Origin: an uncultured delta proteobacterium
GTDB lineage: Bacteria > Desulfobacterota > WTBG01 > CAIYCZ01 > CAIRTM01
Assembly: GCA_963804955.1 (NCBI GenBank)
Contig: CAWDSQ010000007.1
Coordinates: forward strand, 96,001 to 160,000
Length of the DNA stretch: 64,000 nt
Direction of reading: 5' to 3'
The stretch's first letter is position 1; each line of letters opens with the position of its first letter. Below, one piece after another: positions 20,119-32,976 of this stretch. The notes under the pieces were generated by a model. It ran no database searches, was not told the origin of the DNA, and saw only the letters and a program-made list of their open reading frames with translations. Both the position numbers and the translations under genes were made by a program.

Positions 20119-20310
20119 TTGGATTGGTTAATCTGGTTATATTAGTTTAATTGGTTTTATTGGTTGATTTGTTGAAACCGGGCTTAAATCATCTATGCTC
20201 ACACGGACGATCTTCAGAGACATTGCTGGTTGTCAATTGATGGTTGTTCATTCATCTAACGAGCATTGACCTTTGACTATTGACCACTGACCAATAAACC
20301 ATTGACCATT
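20119..20310. repeat. Degenerate 9-mer and 7-mer tandem repeats
   Basis: ttggttaat-like units (20119-20176) and cattgac/ctttgac/tattgac/cactgac units (20263-20310). Confidence 0.65.
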
Positions 20311-20316
20311 CCCTGC

Positions 20317-21168
20317 ATGATGACCCTTGACCAGCTTCGCACAAACAAAGTGGGCCTGGTTCTCTCATCAGGCTTTTTCGGCTTCTACGCGCACGCGGGC
20401 TGCCTGTGCGCCCTTTCCGAAATGGGCATTCATCCGATGGGATATGCCGGCAGCAGCGCCGGCGCCATCATAGCCGCAATGGGGGCCTCGGGCATGGCCT
20501 GCGAAAAAATCCGCGAGCGCCTGTTCCCCCTGAAAAAAAAAGACTTCTGGGACCCTGAGCCATGGTACCGCGTGGCGCTGCACGGACTTCGCCTGTTTCG
20601 CGGGTGGCATGGCTACCTGAACGGCGACAGGTTCGCAACACTGCTGCAGCGCATGCTGCCCGTAGCGACTTTTGAAGAGCTGCGCTGCCCCTGCGTTATA
20701 ACTACCATTAATTTAAACACTAAAAAACGCGAGTGGCGCACTGCCGGAAATCTTGCTGATGCGGTGCAGGCATCCTGCACCGTGCCCTGGCTGTTCAAGT
20801 TCAAAATCATGGACGACGCCCTGCATGTTGACGGAGGATTTGCCGACAAGGCGCCGGTCGAGGCACTTGCCCGGCACATGCAGCCCGATGTGCTCATCGT
20901 GCACTACCTGAAATCAAGCAACCTGCGCGGCGATGATCAGTCGTTCCTCAACCGGCGATTCTCAGCCGGCAAGGCCAAAACTCTTGCCGTCACCATCGGC
21001 CGCCACGAGCACTACCTCACGCAGAAGCGGCTTGTCGAGCAGATGGGCATCCCTGTGCTTGAAATAGCCCCCGAGCTTCCTTCTGTCTCCCCTGCTCATA
21101 TTGACCGCGGCCCTGCGGCTTTTGAGCAAGCACGACAGCAGACACTGCTGTTATTGAACAGCCTATAA
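20317..21168 (+). CDS. Patatin-like phospholipase
   Basis: GSSAG nucleophile elbow and DGG motif. Confidence 0.88.
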   Translation: MMTLDQLRTNKVGLVLSSGFFGFYAHAGCLCALSEMGIHPMGYAGSSAGAIIAAMGASGMACEKIRERLFPLKKKDFWDPEPWYRVALHGLRLFRGWHGYLNGDRFATLLQRMLPVATFEELRCPCVITTINLNTKKREWRTAGNLADAVQASCTVPWLFKFKIMDDALHVDGGFADKAPVEALARHMQPDVLIVHYLKSSNLRGDDQSFLNRRFSAGKAKTLAVTIGRHEHYLTQKRLVEQMGIPVLEIAPELPSVSPAHIDRGPAAFEQARQQTLLLLNSL

Positions 21169-21452
21169 GGGCATGTATTGTCCTGAAGGAGCTCTTTGCC
21201 GGGTTTTTTCTATGGTATGTAGAAGCCGCTTCCGCCGCCTGCTTTTACAGATTATACATAAACCGAAAATTTCATTTTACATCTAATTCATTCTTATGCT
21301 GTTGACTGAATCTAAATCATATGTAATAACAATTATAATTTTGAATTTCCATGATTTGCTTAAAGAATACAGCTTGTATAATGTTAAAAACTACTGATAT
21401 ATTTTATTTTATAAGACGTCATGCCCTAATATTGTCATAAAGGAGAGTTGAT

Positions 21453-23216
21453 ATGGCCTATGATGCGACAAAATTAAAAGACTGGGAAATTTCAGAAGCA
21501 GCTGAAAAGAACATGCCCACGCCTGAACAGTGGCGCGACAAACTTGGTCTTCAGAAGGACGAGATCATTCCCATGGGCAGGCTGTGCAAGCTGGATTTCA
21601 TGAAAGTCATGGAGCGGCTCAAAGGCAAGCCCGACGGCAAGTTCATCGAGGTAACCGCCATAACGCCGACACCCCTGGGGGAAGGCAAAAGCACAACTTC
21701 CGTGGGCATCATCGAGGGACTTGGCAAACGCGGCAAGAATGTCGGCGGTGCGCTGCGGCAGCCCTCGGGCGGTCCGACCATGAACGTCAAGGGAACTGCG
21801 GCCGGCGGCGGCAATGCCCTGCTCATCCCGATGACCGAGTTTTCCCTCGGCCTCACCGGCGACATCAACGATATCATGAACGCGCACAACCTGGCCATGG
21901 TCGCCCTCACGGCCCGCCTGCAGCATGAGCGCAACTACAATGACGAGCAGTTGCAGCGCCTGACCGGCATGCGGCGCCTTGACATCGATTCAACGCGGGT
22001 TGAAATGGGCTGGATCATCGACTTTTGCGCCCAGAGCCTCCGGAATATCATCATCGGCGTCGGCGGCAAGCAGGACGGCTATACCATGCAGTCGAAATTC
22101 GGCATCGCCGTCGGCTCGGAGTGCATGGCGATTCTTTCCATCGCACGCGATCTTGCCGACCTGCGCGAGCGCCTCGACAGAATCACTGTCGCTTTCGACA
22201 AAAGCGGCAAGCCCATCACAACGGGAGACCTGGAGGTGGGAGGGGCCATGTGCGCATGGATGCGCAACACTATAAACCCCACGCTCATGAGCACGGCCGA
22301 GTACCAGCCCTGCATGGTGCACGCGGGCCCCTTTGCCAATATCGCCGTTGGCCAGTCCTCCATCATCTCCGACCGGATGGCACTGAAAATGTTCGACTAT
22401 CATGTGACCGAGAGCGGGTTTGCTGCCGACATTGGGTTCGAGAAATTCTGGAACGTGAAGTGCCGCCTGAGCGGGCTGAAGCCCCATGTGTCCGTGCTGA
22501 CCACGACCATCAGGGCCCTTAAAATGCATGGCGGCGGCCCCAGGGTATCGCCGGGCATAGCACTTCCCGAGGCCTACACAAAGGAAAACCTCGAGCTCCT
22601 GGAGCGGGGCCTGTGCAACATGATCCACCATATCCATACCATCCGCAAGGCGGGCATCAACCCGGTTGTGTGCGTCAACATGTTTCACACGGACACGGCC
22701 GAGGAGATAAAAATGGTCAAAAGGGCTGCTGAAGCCGCGGGCGCCCGGTGCGCCAAGTCATCGCACTGGGCCGACGGCGGCGACGGCGCACTGGAGCTTG
22801 CCGACGCGATCATTGACGCGTGCAATGAAACGAACGACTTCAGGTTTCTGTACCCCCTGGAAATGAAGCTTCGCGACCGCGTTGCCGTCATTGGCAAGGA
22901 GGTCTATGGCGCGGACGGCGTGACCTGGACGCCCGAGGCCGAGGCAAAAGCAAAAATGCTCGAAGACGATCCGCAGTATGCTGACTATGCAACCATGATG
23001 GTAAAAACGCACTTGAGCCTGACCCATGAACCGTCCCTGAAAGGCGTGCCCAAGGGCTGGATACTGCCCATACGGGATGTGCTCATATACTCGGGCGCAA
23101 AATTTCTCTGTCCCATGGCTGGCACTATCAGCCTGATGCCGGGAACCGGCTCGAACCCTGCGTTCCGGCGCGTTGATGTTGATGTTACAACAGGAAAAGT
23201 CAGTGGCCTCTTCTAA
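21453..23216 (+). CDS. fhs: Formate--tetrahydrofolate ligase
   Basis: [26 protein letters not shown] and RALKMHGG. Confidence 0.98.
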   Translation: MAYDATKLKDWEISEAAEKNMPTPEQWRDKLGLQKDEIIPMGRLCKLDFMKVMERLKGKPDGKFIEVTAITPTPLGEGKSTTSVGIIEGLGKRGKNVGGALRQPSGGPTMNVKGTAAGGGNALLIPMTEFSLGLTGDINDIMNAHNLAMVALTARLQHERNYNDEQLQRLTGMRRLDIDSTRVEMGWIIDFCAQSLRNIIIGVGGKQDGYTMQSKFGIAVGSECMAILSIARDLADLRERLDRITVAFDKSGKPITTGDLEVGGAMCAWMRNTINPTLMSTAEYQPCMVHAGPFANIAVGQSSIISDRMALKMFDYHVTESGFAADIGFEKFWNVKCRLSGLKPHVSVLTTTIRALKMHGGGPRVSPGIALPEAYTKENLELLERGLCNMIHHIHTIRKAGINPVVCVNMFHTDTAEEIKMVKRAAEAAGARCAKSSHWADGGDGALELADAIIDACNETNDFRFLYPLEMKLRDRVAVIGKEVYGADGVTWTPEAEAKAKMLEDDPQYADYATMMVKTHLSLTHEPSLKGVPKGWILPIRDVLIYSGAKFLCPMAGTISLMPGTGSNPAFRRVDVDVTTGKVSGLF

Positions 23217-23354
23217 ATGCAGTGTACCTGAATGCTGCGCACAAACGGAGATAGAAATTGACATACTGTCTCCGTTTGCTATTATTTGCTACCCGGCAGA
23301 CCGGCATACATACAGACGACATAATAACCTGACAGAACAGAGAAGGAACAACAC

Positions 23355-24152
23355 ATGAAGATCAAAAAATATATACTGATACTGCCCATCCTGCTGCTGG
23401 CTCCAGCAGCCTGCAGCAACAGCAACAGCCAGGAGGCGAGCCCTCCCCCCGCAGCGGCAAAGTCTGCACCTGCAGCAGCAACGCCTGCGCCTGCGGCAGC
23501 AGACATCACCGGAACCGTGGCTGAAACCATGGATGCCGCAGGCTACACCTATGTTCTGCTTGACACAGGCAGGGAGAAGGTCTGGTTTGCCGGCCCCGGA
23601 TGCACGGTCAAGGTCGGCGAAAAGCTGAGCATCAAGCCGGGGCTTGAAAAAACCAATTTCACCAGCAAAACCTTCAACAGGACCTTTGATAAACTCTACT
23701 TTGTGGACAGCTTGGGCGCCGCCTCAGACACCAAGGCCGTCTGCTCTGTGCCTCCGACGCAGTCCGCAGTAACCTCGCCCCACAACCTTGAAGGCGCATC
23801 CCGTACCGCTGCGCCCACTCCCGCAGGACTTGATTTTGCCGGAATCAAAAAGCCCGCCGGCGGAAAAACCGTAGCACAAATCCATGCAGAGAAAAAAGCC
23901 CTTGCCGGAAAGCGCGTTACCCTGCGCGGCAAAGTGGTCAAATTCAGCCTCGACATCATGGGTAAAAACTGGGCACATATACAGGACGGCACCGGCGCTG
24001 CGGGAACAAACGACCTGACCGCAACGACACTGAGCGCGGCAAAGGTAGGAGACAAAGTGCTGGTTGAAGGCCTTGTCGCTGTTGATAAGGACTTCGGATA
24101 TGGCTACAAATATGATGTTCTGATTGACAATGCCACACTGAAAACGGAATAA
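23355..24152 (+). CDS. Lipoprotein with two OB-fold-like domains
   Basis: Lipobox APAAC, GTVAETMDAAGYTY and RGKVVKFSLDIMGKNWAHIQDG. Confidence 0.75.
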   Translation: MKIKKYILILPILLLAPAACSNSNSQEASPPPAAAKSAPAAATPAPAAADITGTVAETMDAAGYTYVLLDTGREKVWFAGPGCTVKVGEKLSIKPGLEKTNFTSKTFNRTFDKLYFVDSLGAASDTKAVCSVPPTQSAVTSPHNLEGASRTAAPTPAGLDFAGIKKPAGGKTVAQIHAEKKALAGKRVTLRGKVVKFSLDIMGKNWAHIQDGTGAAGTNDLTATTLSAAKVGDKVLVEGLVAVDKDFGYGYKYDVLIDNATLKTE

Positions 24153-24171
24153 TGACAGAGCGGCATTTTAC

Positions 24172-24214
24172 AAACAGCGGGCCGGCAGTGCATGCCGGAC
24201 CGCTGTTTTTTTTT
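24172..24214. terminator. Terminator between convergent genes
   Basis: aaacagcgg-ccggca...tgccgg-ccgctgttt followed by a T run. Confidence 0.8.
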
Positions 24215-24229
24215 GCCTGTCTCAGGGTA

Positions 24230-25917
24230 TTACTTCTTTGCTGTTTTATACATGGAAATCTGATTTATACTGGAGCCGCCAAACCCCTCAGACCTCAGCG
24301 AAAGTATGATAATCTCCCGAACCCCATCCTTGTCGATATCATCAAACAGATAATCCGTCACAGAGTCTTTGATCATGGGGCTTGACCAGTTGAGAGCCAG
24401 GTCGGCGCCATCCCACAAAAGGCACTGCAACTGCCCCTCGGTGAAGTCAAACAGTTTACTGACCACAGGGCCGCCCCTGCGGTTGTTTTTACCGACGATG
24501 ACTGCCCAGCGGCCGTCGGGGGAAATATCGGCACAGATTATGCGCAGGGGCACATTTTCCTTCTGGTCCATCTCATTGGAGGTTGTGTATACGGAAAAAA
24601 AGTTGGGTGTGCCCCCCAGATTCATCGTGTCGCGCCAGACAGTCTTGCTGGTCGCGGACACCAGAATAAGGTCTGGCTGTGTGTTGAAAAAGCCCTTGTC
24701 GAATACGAGAAAATCGGTCACACCGTCGGCATCGACATCACCCTCGCCAAAGCCGTAGATGCCGCGGCTGCCGGGAAGAATAAACTGCTCGCGCGATATC
24801 AGCTTGCCCTCTTTCCATTCCATGCTGTAGATATCGCCGCTGAAAGGGCTCACGGTGCCGGCTTCCTGGCCGATGAGCCTGACGGAAGCATCGGAAAGTC
24901 TATAGACATGGTAAAACCACCGCTGGTTCTGCTCAATACGGGTATACTGGTTCTGCTGAAACTCCACGATGAATGAGCGTGCACGCTGGGTTTCGTAGCA
25001 GCTCACATACAGCTCGTCAATGCCGTTGCCGTTGAAATCACCTGCATCGACATGCACCACATGCTCGTCAATGCCGACGGGAATTTCAGCAATTTTTGCA
25101 AGTGAGCTGCCGGACAGCTGATAGATGTTCACGATCTCCGGCCCGGCCGCTATCAGCTCCTTTTTGCCGTCGCCGTTGACATCGCCTGAGCAGATATAGT
25201 GCAGCGGCTTGCCTTTAAGCTCAGCGGAAAAAGCTGGCGCCGATTCAAAAAGCGCACCGGGCCCTGCGCCGTAGCGGCGCTTCGGCTGCTCTGAATCGAA
25301 GCGGCTGGGCTTGCCCTGGGGCCGCCGGGGAGGGGGCGGATAGACATCTTCTGGCGCTTCGTCAGCCGTGGCATACGAGCGGCTGCGCTTGCCGGGCTGA
25401 GCGTAAAGCTCGTCATCGGCCGCTGCTGAACCTGCGGGCGCAATGCTCCCGACAATGGAATCGCGGGCCTTTTGCGCAAGTATGTTCAGCTGCGGTATGA
25501 TGCCGTCAAAGCCCTGGCTCTGGACGGAAATCGGCACAGGACTGTCGCTTGCGGCAAGATTCACGAGGCGGGCATCGATACTTATGACGCCGCCCATCTT
25601 CGTGATGCTGCCCGCAAGCAGATAATCCGCCCCGGCTTTTTTTGCCATGGCAAGCTGCTCTGCCGCAGGAATTACCCGCGGCTTCTGTCCCGCTTCCGCT
25701 TTCACTCCCGACGGCTCAAGCACGATAATCTGCCCCGGCATGGATAGCGCGTCCCGGCAGCATGGTGGCAATACCTGACTGAACACTGCTCATATCTTCA
25801 GCTGCATGCGCCTCAAAGGGAAACAGGACTAAGTTTTACCTCTTTTGCCTCGGCAGCCGCTGCGCTCAGCATGCAGCAGAGGACAATGGTCAGAAATGAA
25901 CGACAGGCTCTTTTCAT
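24230..25917 (-). CDS. Exported FG-GAP/VCBS-repeat protein with a TolB-N-like domain (2 frameshifts near the 5' end)
   Basis: Signal peptide MKRACRSF...AEA, GADYLLAGSIT...IDAR, and GDVNGDG / GDFNGNG / DIDKDG repeats. Confidence 0.82.
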
Positions 25918-26145
25918 AGCTTCTTCTTTCTCTAAAATATGACGGCCGCTGATAAATGTTTCTGCTTGTAACATAATAAAACACGCCCTGTAAAGGAGTT
26001 AATAGCGGTGGCTTTACGCAAATTGCTCAGACCGGCAGTCTCAAACGTGACCGGAGCCTTTATTTTAATTTACTCCAGCCGTGAAGAGCTCTATAATTCA
26101 GCCAATAAACGAAAAAACACATGCGCTAAAGAGAGGCTATACACC

Positions 26146-27175
26146 ATGAAAGCACTTGGCTATACCCGGCCGCTTGAGATCGGCGAGTTTAAAACTGCGC
26201 TCACCATGCTTGATCTGCCGGTGCCCGAACCGGCCGATCAGGAGGTGCTCGTACAGGTGAAAGCATCTTCCATCAATATCGATGACATACATTTTGCCGA
26301 GGGCACGTTCTTCGGCGGCCTTTTTCCCTCGCGTGCATCAGCAGAAAAGCCCACCGTCGCGGGAGTTGATGTTGCCGGCACAGTCGTCAAAATAGGGAAA
26401 GGGGTTTCCATCTTCAAACCGGGAGATGACGTGCTCGGCTTCACGATGCCCGGCTCGGGCCGGGGGGCATGGGCCGAATACTGCTGCCTGAAAGAAAAAC
26501 TCGCCCTGCACAAGCCCGCAGGCTACAGCTTTGCCGAGGCCGCCGCCTGCGCTATCGGCGGCAAGACCGGTGCAAGCGCTGTCATCTGCGCCAAAGCTTC
26601 CGCAGGAGAAAGCGCGGTCGTTATTGGCGCGTCGGGAGGCATCGGCAGCATCGTGGTGCAGATTCTGGCCCGCCAGGGCCTGCAGGTTACCGGCGTTTGC
26701 AGCGGCGCAAACCGCGACCTTGTTCTGTCGCTGGGGGCGCAAACAGTTATTGATTATACAAAAGGATCATTCGATGATCAGATCGGCGGCGGGCAGATGG
26801 ATGTAGTCATCGACTGCGTGGGAGGCCGCGATGTTGAGGCCCGCGGCATGCGGATTCTGAAAAAAACCGGCCGCTTTGTCACCCTGTGCGGCCCGGAACA
26901 GTATATCGGCGAACGACGGGTCGGAAAAATCGGCGTTGCCGCCATGCTGGCCTATGTGTTCTGGCGCAGCTTCATAACCAGAATTAAGCGGGCCGCGCTA
27001 TATCATGGGCGGTATCGGCTCATCGCTCGAACCGCTGCAAAACCTGGTGCTGAATAACGATATCAAACCGCCCATCGACCGCCGCCTGCCTTTTACCGAG
27101 GCTGCCATACGGGAGGGCATTGCCCATATCGGCACCCACCGGGCAAAAGGCAAAATCATAATTGAAATGCAATAA
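26146..27175 (+). CDS. MDR-family NAD(P)-dependent oxidoreductase, quinone-reductase-like (frameshift near 26990)
   Basis: VKASSIN, GVDVAGTV and GASGGIG. The C-terminal RAKGKIII lies in the shifted frame. Confidence 0.88.
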
Positions 27176-27179
27176 AGGA

Positions 27180-27270
27180 ATTCAAAAGCCGGGAGCCAAA
27201 ATTTAGAAAGTTGAACAAACACAAAGTCTTCATTCTGGCTTCTGGATTCTGGATTCTGACTCCTGAATTC
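27180..27270. repeat. Degenerate 7-mer tandem repeats
   Basis: ttctggc/ttctgga/ttctgga/ttctgac/tcctgaa units, preceded by a roughly complementary block. Confidence 0.7.
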
Positions 27271-27277
27271 CCCGTTC

Positions 27278-28901
27278 CTATTTATTGCACAGCAGCACAT
27301 ACCCCTTCCATGAATCATGTTCAGCATAGGGCGTCCGGGCAACAATCCGCCAGGGCAGCGGGCTCAACTTCTCGAAACGGTGTCCCCGCATGACAAGCCA
27401 GGTCTTTTCCGGAGACGCCATAAAGTCGGGTATGTCCTTTTCATCCTTGATGGTCGCCATGGGCCTGCGGGCATAAAAAATAAAAGTGTAATTTTCATTT
27501 TTCCAGGCAAAACCCAGCTGTTCATTCCTTGGGACGATCCGCGCAACATCCATATAAAAATCCTTACCCGAATCCTGCATGTTGCGTATGGGCACTGTAA
27601 AAGTAAAATAGGCGAAATGCACCAGCAGCATAAGTGCAACTACCGCCGTAAATGCTATTTTATCCAGCGCTGTCCGCGGCATACACATTTTTGCGCTGGA
27701 AACAGCCATCAGGCAGCCGCCGGCAAAAAGCAGCAGCGGCGGAATGTTGAGAGAGTGCATTGCCGGTATATTGACCACAAAAGGATTTCCCGCAAAAAAC
27801 GATGCCCCCGCACAGGCAAAGCCGGCAAAAAAGGCCGCTCTGAGACAGACTGCCTTCTGCACCGGCATCTTTTCCCGCAGCCACTGCCAGAACGGCTGCC
27901 AGGTAGCGCCCACGAGCAGCGCCACGGCAGGCGCTATGGGAAACAGGTAGTAGTCGCGCTTGGACTTGAGCAAAGAAAGAAACAGCAGGTTTCCCAAAAA
28001 CCAAAACAGCACAAAGAGGTTCTCTTTTCTTGACTTCTGAAGCCGCCGCGAACAGGCAAGCCAGACGGCAAAGGGCAGCATGAATATCCAGGGGAACAGC
28101 ACCCGTATAATTTCAAGAAAATAAAACTGAAAAGGCTCCCGATGCACAAAGCCGGTTGCTGCGCGAACAGCGGTTTCCCAAAGGACCAGCTTGATGAAGT
28201 CAGGATTGTCCTTCATGATAAACAGGGGCCAGGGCAGCACGATAATCAGAAACCAGAGCGAGCCCAAAAGGAACGGCTTGCTGCGCAGCAGACGAAGCTC
28301 CCGCGTGATGAGCAAAAAGCCTATAATGGGAATTAAGGGGAAGGTCAAGGCAAATGGGCCTTTGGTCATCATGCCCAGGCCCATCATCGCAAAAAACAGG
28401 GCAAACCAGAGCGTCCGACGGGAAGGTTCTTTATACCCTTTAAAAAAAAAGTATATGGATGCCGACACAAAAAATGAAAGCATGGATTCCAGCTCGGCAT
28501 AGCGGGCCTGGTGCATGAAAAAATTCGTGGCAAGCAGCGCGAAGGCAGCCAGAAAACCCGTTTGCAGGTTAAACAGGAGAGCTGCCGATAAGCAGAGTGA
28601 AAATCACTGTGCCGAAACCGGCCACTGCCGACGGGATGCGGGCGGTCAGCTCCGTAACACCGGTTTTAAGAGAGCAGACTGCCACGCTCCAGTAGAACAG
28701 GGGCGGCTTGGTGAGAATGGTTTCCTCTTCGAGCTGCGGGATGAGCCAGTTGCCGGTTTCAATCATCTCCTGTGATATCTGGGCCCGCCGTGACTCATTT
28801 CTCAGATGATAAAAATTCGGCTTCCCGAGATTATAAAAAAGCGTCCAGAGGGAAATAAGCAGCAGCCCGGCCGTCAATACATTTCTTTTCGTTGAAGTCA
28901 T
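27278..28901 (-). CDS. ArnT/GT39-family glycosyltransferase (frameshift near 28570)
   Basis: ESRRAQISQEM, KPPLFYW, ARIPSA, MTKGP, KRDYYLFP and many TM segments. Confidence 0.88.
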
Positions 28902-29071
28902 ACAACCTCTTATTCGATATCGGCATACAAGTTAAAAAACGCGCCAATGTTCTAAAAATCCGGCACAGTCCCGTTGACCGCGGCAGGCCTATCTTCATAC
29001 CACAGAACGCCCGCAAAAAAAAAGGAGCGCCTGCTCAAAACAGCGCTCCTTATCAACTGCTGCAGAACACC

Positions 29072-30100
29072 TCAGGAAAACTTCTCTATCAGCTCCTGTA
29101 TCCGCTTTCTCGTGGGAAGGTTGTAGGGGCAGCGCTCTTCGCACTTGCCGCAGCCTTCGCAGGCCTGCATCCACATGAGCAGCCCCTTACCAACCTCCAG
29201 CCTCTCGGGGGGCAGCTGCTCCACCGGTATGCCCTGCACGGCCTGGTAAAAGATATGCACCATATCCGGCACCCGTATGTCATTGGGGCATGGCATGCAG
29301 TAGCCGCACCGGCGGCAGAACCCGGTGCCCAGGGGCGCCACCTCCTGCTCAAAGGCTGCAAGCTCTTCCGGGCTGAGCGCTTCTTCAATTTCAGCGCAGG
29401 CGATATTCTCCTTGAACTGCGCAACGCTTGCCACGCCATTAAGAATGAGATCGACGGGATAGGCATTAAAAAACCTGAAGGCTTTCTGCGTATTGCGTAT
29501 GGCCCCTCCGGCAATGGGCTTCATGACGATTGAGCCGATGTCAAGCGACCGGGCAAGGGCAAGAAGCTCATGCTCGGCCTCGCGCTCAATCACATTAAAC
29601 GGGTACATGACCGTATCAAACTCGCCCGTCTGTGCAAGCTCCACAAGCACGCTTATATGGTGGCTCGTCAGGCCGATAAAATCTATGATGCCCTCCTGCC
29701 TGGCCTTTCTGAAAGCGTCCATGCCCCCGCCACGGGCCATAAAAGCAGCCACCTCATGGGGATAGAGCGCATGCACCTGAAGAATTTCGATATGGTCGGT
29801 CTGGAGCTGTGTCAGGCTCTCGTCAAGATCCGAGCGCACCTCGTCATAGGTTCGGCTGTAGGATTTGCTGGCAATAATGCAGTCTTTGCGCCGGTCTTTG
29901 AGCACCGCCCCCAGATTCGTCTCCGAGTCCATGTACACGCGGGAGGTATCGATATAGTTGATACCGTAGTCAAGGGCTGCGGTGATGACCTCGGCTATTA
30001 CCTCTTCGGTCGTGCCGCCCATAATGGTTGAAAACGGTATGCCCCCAAGGCCCCAGCGCGTGACCTCAAGATTTGTTCTCCCGAGCCGTACTTTTTTCAT
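29072..30100 (-). CDS. Aldo/keto reductase with a C-terminal 4Fe-4S dicluster
   Basis: GINYIDTSRVY, MKPIAGG, CRRCGYCMPC and CEGCGKCEERCP. Confidence 0.92.
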   Translation of the reverse strand: MKKVRLGRTNLEVTRWGLGGIPFSTIMGGTTEEVIAEVITAALDYGINYIDTSRVYMDSETNLGAVLKDRRKDCIIASKSYSRTYDEVRSDLDESLTQLQTDHIEILQVHALYPHEVAAFMARGGGMDAFRKARQEGIIDFIGLTSHHISVLVELAQTGEFDTVMYPFNVIEREAEHELLALARSLDIGSIVMKPIAGGAIRNTQKAFRFFNAYPVDLILNGVASVAQFKENIACAEIEEALSPEELAAFEQEVAPLGTGFCRRCGYCMPCPNDIRVPDMVHIFYQAVQGIPVEQLPPERLEVGKGLLMWMQACEGCGKCEERCPYNLPTRKRIQELIEKFS

Positions 30101-31950
30101 ATACCTCCTGTGTTTTCTATGCCGAGTTCCTTTAATTTTGCCTCTGTCAGCATTCCGTCAGCCTTCCAGCCCCGGGCACGGTAATAATCCTCAAGCATGA
30201 TGCCGACCGGCGGCAGATGGTCGGCAGCAGGGCCGCAGCCCCGCATGCTGGCCGGTAAAGCGTTCATGCAGCCTGTCGGCAGAAGCAGCGCAGCCCTGCC
30301 TGAGATTCACTACATGCTTTACCGCATAGCTGCGCTCGCCTGCAAGCAGAAGGGATGTAAAGTCATGCTCCATGCCAGTGGCAAGGTTCAGCCATTCCAC
30401 CACCTGCCGCGCCGTAACGCCGGTGAATCCGTCTGCTGAGTAATACTGGGCATAACCGGCATGGGAAAATGCGCACAGCACGAGCGAGTTGAGCACTGTG
30501 GCATAATTCTGTCCCCGCGCAACGGTCCGGCCCGTGCCCTCAACAGCAAACCGCACCGCCTGCATGTCCATAAGGTCAAAGCCCTCGATGCCCGGATCTG
30601 CTGCGCCCGTATGGTTTGCCCCGCGCGTATCGGTGGCATAGGCAAGCGCCAGAAAATTATGCGCCCGCGGATCATGGGCAGGCGCCTCAAGGCCCTTAAC
30701 CTCTATGGCGAAGCGCTCCGCACCCCCGCCGATCAGGCTGGCAGCCCCGCGTACACCTTCTGCAAGCACAGCGCCGAAGCCCTGACGCGTGCAGATTTTT
30801 TCAAGCATGGCAAGGGCGGCCTGCCCGTTGCCGAAAGACATATCAATGCCGTCGGTATCCTTCAGCGTAATCAGTCCTTCGGCAAAGCATTCCATGGCAA
30901 AGGAAATGACACCACCGGCAGATATGCTGTCAACTCCATAGCGGTTGCACAGGTCATAGGCTTTCTGCACGGTAGCTCATGTCGGTTATGCCGCACTGAG
31001 ATCCCAGAGGAGCGATAGACTCCCATACATTCAAACGCCTGCCGCCATGATCGACATTGGACTCAACGCACCCCGTGGGGCATCCTGCACATTGATAGGG
31101 GCGTTCATGAAAAGCATGCTCCCTGATCTCCCGAGCACCGCGTTCTCGAACCCCGTCAAATCGCCGTCACGCCAGTTATTGATACCGTGCCGGCCATCCC
31201 GAACGAACATGGTAAAGACCCTTGAGGCTTTTGCCGCACAGTGCTCGGGGGTTTTTACCATCTGCGGCAAAAAATCACGTATGGAACGGGCGAGCTTTTC
31301 GGCATGGGCAACTCCAACCGGATTGCTGCCGGCCACAGCGATTGCCTTCAGATTCTTTGCGCCCATGACTGCGCCCATACCGCATCTGCCTGCAGCGCGC
31401 GCTGCAGGACCATCGCTCATGACAGAGGAAAACCTCACAAGGTTCTCACCCGCCGGCCCGATGGCCGACACCTTGAAGGCATCGCCGTAGAGCTTCCGTA
31501 TAGTCGCTTCAGTCTCAACCGTATCTGCGCCCTGTAGAAAAGCTGCATCTTCGATTGCTGCCGTTCCGTCAGAGACCCTGAGAAAAACAAGCCTGTCTGC
31601 CTTGCCGGTTATGATAAGACCGTCGATGCCCGCTTTTTTAAGCGCACTGCCCCAGGTGCCGCCGGCAAATGCCTCTCCCCATATGCCGGTCAGGGGCGAA
31701 AGGGCCGCAACACAGTGCCTGCCGCTCCAGGGCACCATGGTGCCGGTGAGTGGTCCGGTCATAAAAAAAGAGGCGCTTCGGGAGCAAAGGGGTCCGTTTT
31801 CACCGGAACCATTTCGTCCATAAGCGCCGCAGCAAACCCCACACCGCCAATATGCCGCTCAGCCATCAGCGTCGGTGTTTCACGCACCGCAACCGTCCGG
31901 CTTCCAAGATCAACCTGCAGAAGCCTTCCTGTGTATCCTTTGTATGTCAT
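30097..31950 (-). CDS. aor: Tungsten aldehyde:ferredoxin oxidoreductase (several frameshifts)
   Basis: GYTGRLLQVDL, SPLTG, GPAGENLV, AAGRCGMGAVMGAKNLKA, GVDSISAG, KGLE and YYRARGW across successive frames. Confidence 0.9.
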
Positions 31951-32068
31951 GGCACTATAGAAACAGTTATCATTTTGTCTATGCTGATACCCGAATGCTG
32001 CTTTGTCTTATCAATCGAAGGAAACAAGCATGCCGGTGGACCTTAAGCACCATAACTCAGCGACCGTT

Positions 32069-32750
32069 TCACTTCATCTTGTCGCCAACCTCTGCGGCCC
32101 AGGCATCAATTGTGTCCCAGTTGCGCCAGTCGGCCTTATTCTTGTCCGGCAGGCGCAGGATGAACCCCAGTATGCGCAGCACGATTTTCTCAAACAGCGA
32201 ATACTTCTCTTTCGTAAAATCAATGGCTCCGCCAAAAAGCCCGATGGACACCGGGGAAATATCCGGGTACTTGCTCAGAATCGGGTCAATAAATGACTTT
32301 TGCACCGCGGCGCGGGTTTCGGGCGTGTCTTGCAGACATGCTCGCGCCGACGATAAAGAGGGCCGTGGGCTTTGCGGCAAGCTGCTCATGATACTTTTCA
32401 AGAAATGCTTGCGCGTCGGGCAGCCAGCTGAATTTATAGATCGCGCTTGCCACGATGAAGCCGTCGTAGCCATCCACATCGGTCACATCCCCGACCCACT
32501 TCACATCAACCTTGAAGCCCATGTCGCACAGGTCATCGCCGATCTGTGCGGCCACCTCGGCGGTGGAGCCGTGGATGGTGTCATAGGCGATGAGGATTGT
32601 TTTGGTGGCATTGTCCGGGCCGCATGACTGGGTAATACTGTCATTGTCCGTGCGGGGCTTAGCCTGGGCCGGATCGATGCACATACACACAGCGGCTATA
32701 AGGGCTGTGCACGCACACAAAACACGAAGTGTTCTTGCAACAGTCTTCAT
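32069..32750 (-). CDS. HemG-like flavodoxin-domain protein with an N-terminal signal (frameshift near 32340)
   Basis: IAYDTIHGSTAEVA, FGGAID and DWRNWDTIDAWA. Confidence 0.85.
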
Positions 32751-32842
32751 CACTGCCTCCTGAAAATTTTTACGGTAATCGGCGGCACAGACGTAAACCT
32801 GCACCTGCCTATATTATTTGTCTCATATTTCTCTTCGCATTT

Positions 32843-32912
32843 TGTCATTCCGGCGCAGGCCGGAATCCAGACATTATGTAACTGGTTCCCGGCGTTCGCC
32901 GGGAAGACGACA
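32843..32912. repeat. Palindromic intergenic element (GTCATTCC...GGAATCCAG type)
   Basis: gtcattccggcgcaggccggaatccag ... ctggttcccggcgttcgccgggaagacgac, flanked by inverted gtctcata/tatgagac. Confidence 0.75.
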
Positions 32913-32976
32913 GAAGATGCCAAGGGTTCAGGTATGAATACTATTATGAGACCGTTAATAACACGTCAATTTTCTG

